From: a virus
Lineage: Duplodnaviria; Caudoviricetes
Virus record (IMG/VR): IMGVR_UViG_3300009161_000021
Length of the DNA: 64,000 nucleotides
Direction: 5' to 3' (one strand)
In this document: piece by piece, positions 58,501 through 64,000 of the stretch
Numbering within the stretch: position 1 is the stretch's first letter
Layout of the letters: each line of letters begins with the position of its first letter
Notes under the pieces: model-generated
Databases searched by the model: none
The model's input: only the letters and a program-made list of their open reading frames with translations
What the model was told of the DNA's origin: nothing
Program-made: the position numbers and the translations under genes

Positions 58501-59790
58501 CCCGTCTGCGGCCGTCTTCACCTCGTCGTATGACATCGAGAGACCCTTGGCTGAGAATGCAAGGGCTGCCTGCTCCTCGGTGAGACCCGACTGGGACGTA
58601 AGAAGAGCTTTATCCTGACGAGAAAGTGTCTCAAAAGATCTTCCTGTCGCTGCGAACGCTTTCTGAAGATCATCTAGAACTTCAGCGGGATTCTGGGCCT
58701 GAATGAGCTTGACAGGATCCAGCACCATACCGAATGCAGCGGCTAACTGAGCCGCAGCCTCAGCTCCCGTCTCGAAGTCATCGAACTTCTGGTTCAGACC
58801 GATAAGCTCATTGAGCTCGATACCGAGCTTACGGGTGTAAGCGGCGGCCTTGGTGATCTCTGTTACGTAATCTCCCGTCATCCGACCAAGCGACTTGAAG
58901 TTTGAGAGGAACGCGCCGACATCCTTTCCAAGGACCTTGGACGAGATACCGAGCTGGCGGCCGATCTTATTCACGCTGGCAAGGGTCTCATCGCTGAACT
59001 GCTTCAACGACTTGCTGCTCAGGATCGACATTGTTGAGACATTCTTGAGCGCTTGCTCGTTGAAAAGGAGCGCGTCACGCATGACGTACAGATTCGCAGC
59101 AGAGTCGTTGAACTCATCACCGAGGACATCGAGAGTGGGACCCATCGCGCCCGCAAGCTCGCGGACGAGATCGAGACGCTCGATCGCGCCCTCCATGCCC
59201 ATGTTAAACTTTGATGCAAAGACATTCACGCCACCGGCAGCCTGTTTCAGGCTGGCTCCGAAGCCGTCATACGTCTCCCTCACTCGCTTTGAGGTGTTCT
59301 CGGTGAAGCTTCCGAACTCCTTACGAACCCTCTCTAGAGCTTCCCGGAAATGGAGCATATCCTGGATACGCTCGTTGGCAAGCTCAAATATGTAATCAAA
59401 GAATGTTGACAGGAATCCCATCGATGCCTGCAGGGGATTCGTGATAACGTCAGCCAGCATGCTGAAGTTTTCTGAAAGCTGACCAACTGCAAGGCTTAAC
59501 CCCTCGGTCAGCTTTGAGTTGCCCTTGTTCAACCAACCCTGAAGACTCTGGGTAAACGTTTCGTTCTGCTTCGAGCCCTCTTCCATCACTCCGTTGAAGG
59601 CGCTTTGCTGCTCATTGAGCTGTGACATTGCGTCCGCGTGCTCTTCGATCGCGACAGCGGTCTCCTGATGTATGCCTGATTGACCGGCCTGCAGCTCCTG
59701 GATGGCTCTAAGCGTGCGCTCCTGACTCTGAAGCGCCTCGAGCATCTGCTTGGCTAACTCAAGCTGCTGCTTCTGTAATTCGGGATCCAT
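55495..59790 (-). CDS. Tape measure protein
   Basis: 1431 aa, helical and Ala/Gly-rich, downstream of the tail tube and chaperone genes. Confidence 0.8.
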   Translation of the reverse strand: MDPELQKQQLELAKQMLEALQSQERTLRAIQELQAGQSGIHQETAVAIEEHADAMSQLNEQQSAFNGVMEEGSKQNETFTQSLQGWLNKGNSKLTEGLSLAVGQLSENFSMLADVITNPLQASMGFLSTFFDYIFELANERIQDMLHFREALERVRKEFGSFTENTSKRVRETYDGFGASLKQAAGGVNVFASKFNMGMEGAIERLDLVRELAGAMGPTLDVLGDEFNDSAANLYVMRDALLFNEQALKNVSTMSILSSKSLKQFSDETLASVNKIGRQLGISSKVLGKDVGAFLSNFKSLGRMTGDYVTEITKAAAYTRKLGIELNELIGLNQKFDDFETGAEAAAQLAAAFGMVLDPVKLIQAQNPAEVLDDLQKAFAATGRSFETLSRQDKALLTSQSGLTEEQAALAFSAKGLSMSYDEVKTAADGAMKGHKTQEEIMRDLADSIENVIIPIQRFTSFFDAFIKGFMDAFDRSKPVQDAVNNIAKALLETYYAGMRTFSAFLQVPGVTKALQGLLDVVTTIGDIFSKVALEIEKFTIAMSTDPKNAAKNLMTGITSVITDGFNGLFTGKNGQPSIFDNLMEGLTQTFLAVAAALPGIVLGLVRSLKTVLSNLTKTMRQAFTKPADGSPSIGQGLLEGIKDGFSELVRELPSFMPILIEFGSELVAFLGRAIQEFPFATLFVTGGPILTAASGIFGQLKDTVMGLFTGGGTTEEISEAARQADESAKAQNDLAAALNKQGAAMTGTGPDSFGGLVGMFGGAATKAAEYGAIALGISLIGASIIKLVRSVLEPPEGGGKSLIQLFADAGATLSTVNADGLQNAFLITGAVLVAAMGGIAAILMGVASMDKGDLFAKLAGGAVSVAVLAGISHIFDAVIPKVTAMISSMTTYLSSPEFAAQLKNINSLAASVKPEDIDAMGNLGKIFSSVGTMMGTMIKVATDLNSLPGIPTVVATTTNPDGTITEVMGEESPSSKIARIMGYISSMVGNKDEKVGIVGVISKFEDSLGGDLATATQKFQTLALILDPMSKMMSTFGTAGLDFIKTSASLAAGGSTATAEDSMDQVRKFIGAVGGGAVDILNDINSRVNLSKDQVDALSGKVSLISTVATFLGSFGKSITELLKSVQAFDVSGNVVSAMSSLNSLLFGTGSGVIETDTESIPVEASDGIIQMMTKVINNLATALNDPANAIDQTQISFFTEIFAPSGALMGMISAISAASKVATTDIESAKTFLDTVAGNGDLTASFPTHLFNALNSFKAFDGIDLEALAKRETNMKGSFNVLGTYIAGMTEKLPGDVAKRVNASLEQLQQIKAAMAETAKVLEALDTVRLDAAVEGFGTKMNVVKKKFDINNGAVSITVNMNVTMSAQKMAETLVLDGFVKPNVEFADYLQSPDSVRSNQYDFYTTEYKPGSPESLLETRRNDDSWRGE

Positions 59791-59834
59791 GCTTTATTCG
59801 CCTTCCAGCAAATAACTATGCCGGATCATATTTT

Positions 59835-60095
59835 TCAGAGTCTCCAGTCCCGACCGAAAGCTCGCTGAAACTCCCGCTCTGCTCGGCGCTTCTCCTCGAC
59901 CATCGTTGCGACAGCAGCAAGCGATGCATTCTCGTCGCAGAGAGCCTCGTAAAGACGACGTGAAGCGAGAGTTGCTCGGCGGATAATCTTCATCTGGGAC
60001 GGATCACCCACCAGCTTGGGGGGAGTACCACCCTCGATGATGTATCTACCGGCGGCCGAAAAAATCTCCGCAAGCACCTTTTCTTCTTTGCTCAT
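59835..60095 (-). CDS. Hypothetical protein
   Basis: 86 aa, GGAGG SD, ATAATTA upstream. Confidence 0.7.
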   Translation of the reverse strand: MSKEEKVLAEIFSAAGRYIIEGGTPPKLVGDPSQMKIIRRATLASRRLYEALCDENASLAAVATMVEEKRRAEREFQRAFGRDWRL

Positions 60096-60118
60096 AAAAC
60101 CTCCAACTCGATCTCTAA

Positions 60119-60397
60119 TTATGTGAATCGACGAAGGCGCGCTGGAGTTTCACCGCGGTTCAGCCCCATCAAAGATCGAGCCTGCGGGCTGTTCTGATGA
60201 GCGGCCCTCGTCGGTGTGTTTTCCTTCTCACTTGCTCGCTGGAGCTCCTTGTTCAACCTCGTGATGAACCAGACACGATATCGTATGGGAATGTTGTAAC
60301 ACTCCCAGTACGAGAAACCCATGTAGTACATCAGTGAGAATGATTGCTCAAGGAAGATCTCTCGATCCTCAGGTGTCAGGCCAAAAAAAGCTGGCAC
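60119..60397 (-). CDS. Tail assembly chaperone, downstream (gpT/GT-like) frame
   Basis: FFGLTPEDREIFLEQSFSLMYYMGFSYWECYNIPIRYRVWF; overlaps the upstream gene at a T7 run. Confidence 0.7.
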   Translation of the reverse strand: MPAFFGLTPEDREIFLEQSFSLMYYMGFSYWECYNIPIRYRVWFITRLNKELQRASEKENTPTRAAHQNSPQARSLMGLNRGETPARLRRFT

Positions 60398-61211
60398 CCA
60401 ACGGCATCCGCACCTCGCTTACTTCGCTGCAGGATGGGCAGTCAAGGTTTCCCTTCATCTCGATGCCAGGCTCATTCGCATCGATAAACTTACGCAGGGC
60501 CATGGAGTCGCGAGCGGGCATATTTCGGATGAAGCCGTTGATCGCACCGCGATCAGTCTTACCATCGACTGAAACGATAGCATATTGGAGACGGGTCGTG
60601 ATGATATTATCAGCCTGGGCACCCTGCTTCTTCGCGCGTTCCTGGCCAACGTTGATATCCTCCTCATCTCGACCAGTGAGGAACTTGAAATGAACGGTCT
60701 TCTTGGTGACAGGAAGCTTGAACTCAAATACGTTCTGGCCAGGAGAGACGGGATCGATCGAAAGACGCTTGATCGGAAGCGCTCCGAGATCAAACTCCTG
60801 CTTGGAGCGAGTGTTGCACTTCGGACAATCAGCCTCAACGTTGTACTCGGCGCCGTATCCAGTCACTCGAAGAGCAATCATCAGAGCGTTGCGATCTCCG
60901 ACAAGCATGTCGGGAACGCTGATTCGCTTGTCCATGAGGCAGCTCTTGATGAGCTCGGTGATAACTGTTCCTTTCTTGATCAGAGCTCTGGATGTGAGAA
61001 TGTCCTCCTCACGAGCTGTCATCGCCCGAATGTCGACCGTCTCCCTTCCATGAAGGGGAGACTCAGCCGGATAAACTGCGCCGTTCGAGGGAAGTGGAAT
61101 CGACTCAACTGGAACCTCAAAACCGAAATCGTCACGCATGACGTCCTTCGTTTGGATACCGGCCGGAACTGCACCGCCGAATAATGCACTACGATCTGTC
61201 TCTGATGCCAC
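60369..61211 (-). CDS. Tail assembly chaperone / baseplate hub assembly protein (T4 gp26-like)
   Basis: LPSNG..Y, RAMTAREEDIL, DMLVGDRNALMIALR, CPKC, FKFLTGRDE, CPSC, ends FFWPDT. Confidence 0.75.
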   Translation of the reverse strand: MASETDRSALFGGAVPAGIQTKDVMRDDFGFEVPVESIPLPSNGAVYPAESPLHGRETVDIRAMTAREEDILTSRALIKKGTVITELIKSCLMDKRISVPDMLVGDRNALMIALRVTGYGAEYNVEADCPKCNTRSKQEFDLGALPIKRLSIDPVSPGQNVFEFKLPVTKKTVHFKFLTGRDEEDINVGQERAKKQGAQADNIITTRLQYAIVSVDGKTDRGAINGFIRNMPARDSMALRKFIDANEPGIEMKGNLDCPSCSEVSEVRMPLGASFFWPDT

Positions 61212-61272
61212 TTGAATCTCTCCTAGAAATTGCTAATACAATTCTTAAGGAAAGGAGAGACAAGTAAAAAAA

Positions 61273-62079
61273 TCACGGATCAAAGTTAAGTGATGGGTGC
61301 TCCTCACCGTGGCAGCGATGGCAGAGAACCTCGGCGGTGGGCATCATCTCAACGTGCCAGTCGATCACCCGCTCGACCCACGCTGCCTGATCCTCCCAGC
61401 TGATCTCATCCGACGTGGGGGCGCACCGATGGATGATCTCCGCCATACGAACCTCGCTGTGATGGACGTGGAGATCGTCGGTCGCGGCGCAACGCTCGCA
61501 CTTGAACCCTGCTCGCTGCAGGGCTGGGAACTTCCAGAGCTTGTAGAGTCGCGAGCTGCCGTGGCACAGCGTCCCGATTGTCGATGTCCCGCCCTTCCAC
61601 TGCGGATGAGCCGAGCCGGTGAGCGGAACGATGACCCCGGTCTGCCAATGTCTCGTCATCATTTCTGACTTTCTCTTTCTTTCTTTGTCAGATCCGTACG
61701 CAATTTCGCATAACTTCGCGAAATCGGAGTCATTTTCTTTCGTTTTACCTCGATTCCACGGATTACAACCCCATCGCTCTTCTTTGCGACGCGCTTCAAG
61801 GCTCTTAGCCAGCGCAGCCTTATTATTTCCCCAATTATTCTTGACGCGAGATGCATGTCCGAGAATGTACCCCGAGAATCCCTTCTGAAGGGAGTTAAAC
61901 TTGGTCGTCGTCCCGCACCCACAGCCGCACGTGGGTTCTTGGCCGCCAGGAATAAACAAGCTCACGTAGAGATCACGTGCGGTGATTCCATGGCGTTTCT
62001 GGCAGTGGATTCGAAGCGAATCCAGGCTGTCGGTCGAATAGTCTACGCAAGAAGGGCACTTAAAAGAAATCTGGTCCAT
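61273..62079 (-). mobile_element. Free-standing HNH homing endonuclease
   Basis: C2H2-like CPSC..HCQKRH, CGCGCG, WKGG, KCERCAATDDLHVHH...VLCHRCHGEEH; sits between the tube and chaperone genes. Confidence 0.85.
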
Positions 62080-62145
62080 GATAGTAAATATACCATGGAC
62101 CAGATGACTTATTAATTCGACAAAATATTTTGTCGAATCCTCACG

Positions 62146-62634
62146 TCAATATTGTAGAACACAATTATCGAAGCGGAGTGTCAGCGAGATTTCCATCGGA
62201 TCGTCGCCATCATAAGCAAGGTCACCGAAACCAGCTGACGTGATGAACGCGCCCTTGATATCCCAGAGCTCCACCACCGTGCCGACCGGGTCGAGCATCT
62301 TGAGCTGGCAGTCACGCTTGTAGAAGTCGGCGTAACCCGCGCGGCCTGAGACTGACTCGAAGTGGGTACGAACCCATTCCATCACCTGCTGGGCGCCGGA
62401 GGGTGCGATAGCATCGTAGAGGACAACGTCGATCGTATCGAATGTCGTCTTTCCAGCGATGTAACGACGTGAGTTGATCCAAGGAATTTCCTTCTCCTCA
62501 GTCTTCACGCTCGGGCGCTTCGTCGACTTGATGAGGTAAGCATCGATTCCTTCGACCGCAAAGACCCATCGGTTCTTCCTCTTCGGTTCGAACTTGTTGG
62601 GTAGCATATCGGTGACTGAGAGTGTCTCGGCCAT
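62146..62634 (-). CDS. Tail tube protein (T4 gp19-like)
   Basis: FEPKRKNRW, IPWINSRRYIAGK, LKMLDPVG.VVELWDIKGAF, ISLTLRFD. Confidence 0.9.
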   Translation of the reverse strand: MAETLSVTDMLPNKFEPKRKNRWVFAVEGIDAYLIKSTKRPSVKTEEKEIPWINSRRYIAGKTTFDTIDVVLYDAIAPSGAQQVMEWVRTHFESVSGRAGYADFYKRDCQLKMLDPVGTVVELWDIKGAFITSAGFGDLAYDGDDPMEISLTLRFDNCVLQY

Positions 62635-62650
62635 AGTGTCTCCTGTTCCT

Positions 62651-62657
62651 TAACTAT
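62651..62657 (-). promoter_or_regulatory. Candidate late promoter (ATAnTTA) for the tail tube
   Basis: ATAGTTA about 17 nt upstream of the ATG, followed by AGGAG; the motif recurs before many structural-type genes. Confidence 0.55.
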
Positions 62658-62674
62658 TACGTATCGTTGAAATC

Positions 62675-64000
62675 TTAGACAAAGGTTGAAGCATTTGTCG
62701 CCTCGAAATCAATCGAGATGAACTCTGCGGTCTTTGTCGGCTGCAGGTAGATCTTACCACGAATCGTGCTATTCTCTATGTCAGCCTGTGTGGTGGTGGT
62801 GGTGTCAATCTGCACGCGATACCTCTCAACACCGCGCTGGGACTGGATCTGCTTCATTATCGGTGTAACGGCAGCATTGAAACGAGCGATGGTCGACTCT
62901 CTGTTCGGCTCGAAAAGAAGACCGTAAGCAACAGCCTTCACTCGACGACGAACCTCGATGAGCAGACGACGGACGTTAACACGATCAAGAGCCGAGCCCT
63001 CAACGAGAGTTGTCCTCTGTCCATTGATCACGATATTCGCGCCAGGAACCGAAACGATCGGGTTGATACCAGCATCGTAAACGGTGTTGATGTTATCGTT
63101 GTTGAGTATCGTGCTAAGGGAGTTTCCAGGAATAACCGCTCTTGTGTAGCCTGCCGGTGCGCTCCAAGTGAATCCGATCCGATCGTTCTGCGCGTAGGCG
63201 CCGAGGACCAGGGTCGAAGCTGGAAGGCGTGTGCTAACTGCTACGCCGGTTCCCGGGTCAACGCTGACGTTCACGTCCGGGAAGTAAGCAGCACCGAATG
63301 AGCTGTTGAGGCTGCGATTCTTGAACCTCGTTGATGTGAACGCGACGTTGACGTTGGGGTATGAAGACCCGGCGTTGATGGAGGCAGTCACGAAGTTGTT
63401 GTTATCGTCCTTCAGCTCGACATCGGCGATGTAAAGAGCATCGAACTTTGTCTGCATCGCCGAGAGAGCGTAGTCGGTGATCGCGGGGTGACGAGTGTCC
63501 GGAATCGCGAGGACGCTGATGTCCGAGTAAGTCTTGTTACCCATGATGTCTACCGCCTTGCGATAGGCAGCGACCGTCGGTCCGTTCAGCTGACCCTGGT
63601 TGCTGTAGTCCATCTCTCGACGAGCCGCAGCATCACGCATGTAGAATTTATCTGCATCGAAGATGTTGAGACCATCGAAGCCTCCCTGCATGAAGGTCAC
63701 GAACTTGAGGTAAGATGACGGAGTACTGGACGGGAAATCGATCGTTGTGTCGATGAAACGTCCACCGAGGCTGGCGTCAAGAATTCCGTCCCTCTGGTAC
63801 ACAGCCTCGTCCCAACGGTCTCTGTCGAGAGTACCGCCGGAGCTTGTCTGAACCTGGATGTTCTCAAGCGTAAAGAGGTTCCTGTTGAAGAGGTCAGCGT
63901 CCACCACGGAGCCGTTGACGGTGGCTGCGCCATCATTGTCACCGACCCACGGGTTCTGATAGGTCGTGTGGTACTTCGGGAAGTACTTGGTGTAGCTTGA
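62675..64000 (-). CDS. Contractile tail sheath protein (C-terminal part; 5' end outside the window)
   Basis: Frame open to the window edge; LAIPD, YFPDV, WSAPAGYTRA, GINPI, NGQRT, LDRVNVRRLL, LFEPN, PTKTAEFI. Confidence 0.93.
   Translation of the reverse strand, partial: SSYTKYFPKYHTTYQNPWVGDNDGAATVNGSVVDADLFNRNLFTLENIQVQTSSGGTLDRDRWDEAVYQRDGILDASLGGRFIDTTIDFPSSTPSSYLKFVTFMQGGFDGLNIFDADKFYMRDAAARREMDYSNQGQLNGPTVAAYRKAVDIMGNKTYSDISVLAIPDTRHPAITDYALSAMQTKFDALYIADVELKDDNNNFVTASINAGSSYPNVNVAFTSTRFKNRSLNSSFGAAYFPDVNVSVDPGTGVAVSTRLPASTLVLGAYAQNDRIGFTWSAPAGYTRAVIPGNSLSTILNNDNINTVYDAGINPIVSVPGANIVINGQRTTLVEGSALDRVNVRRLLIEVRRRVKAVAYGLLFEPNRESTIARFNAAVTPIMKQIQSQRGVERYRVQIDTTTTTQADIENSTIRGKIYLQPTKTAEFISIDFEATNASTFV

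Noticed and set aside
1-64000. CRISPR arrays, tRNAs, rRNAs
   Set aside because: No repeat-spacer array or cloverleaf recognised by eye; a tRNAscan/Infernal run would be needed to exclude tRNAs formally
1-64000. Alternative genetic code (stop-codon recoding seen in some huge phages)
   Set aside because: Long conserved genes translate uninterrupted in code 11, and TAA, TAG and TGA all terminate genes

Overview
A 64-kb slice of a very large (jumbo/huge) myovirus-like bacteriophage genome. It is densely coding, uses the standard code, and has essentially all genes on the minus strand; the one credible plus-strand gene is a ferritin/Dps-like ORF at about 2.0-2.5 kb. From left to right: putative virion-associated hypotheticals; a sigma70-like factor lacking region 4.2, followed in frame by an HTH gene; GroEL; a 5'-3' exonuclease; acidic/Pro-Ala-rich hypotheticals with PCD- and SOD-like enzymes; a nucleotide and DNA-modification operon next to DNA Pol III alpha; a dimeric dUTPase/dCTPase; Fpg and MBD4-like glycosylases; two paralogous HEAT/LRV-repeat proteins; ThyX; GS type II; a ClpP-like protease; class II RNR with an HNH intein; DnaB, FEN, RecA, gp32-like SSB and a PolA-like domain; and a contractile-tail module. 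The strongest candidate system is a cytosine hypermodification pathway at 18-24 kb. It comprises a thymidylate-synthase homologue with the dCMP-specifying Asp, a dNMP kinase, a T4 beta-glucosyltransferase-like enzyme, and a UDP-sugar C4-epimerase plus cupin, while a separate ThyX could supply dTMP. This predicts a glycosylated modified cytosine, possibly with a non-glucose sugar. Also seen: two candidate recoding sites (an A9/A-AAA-AAG run and a T7 run in the tail chaperone), an AUU start for Fpg, a structured SSB leader, two promoter classes and a shared helical tag on many proteins. All product calls come from motif recognition by eye; no database searches were run.
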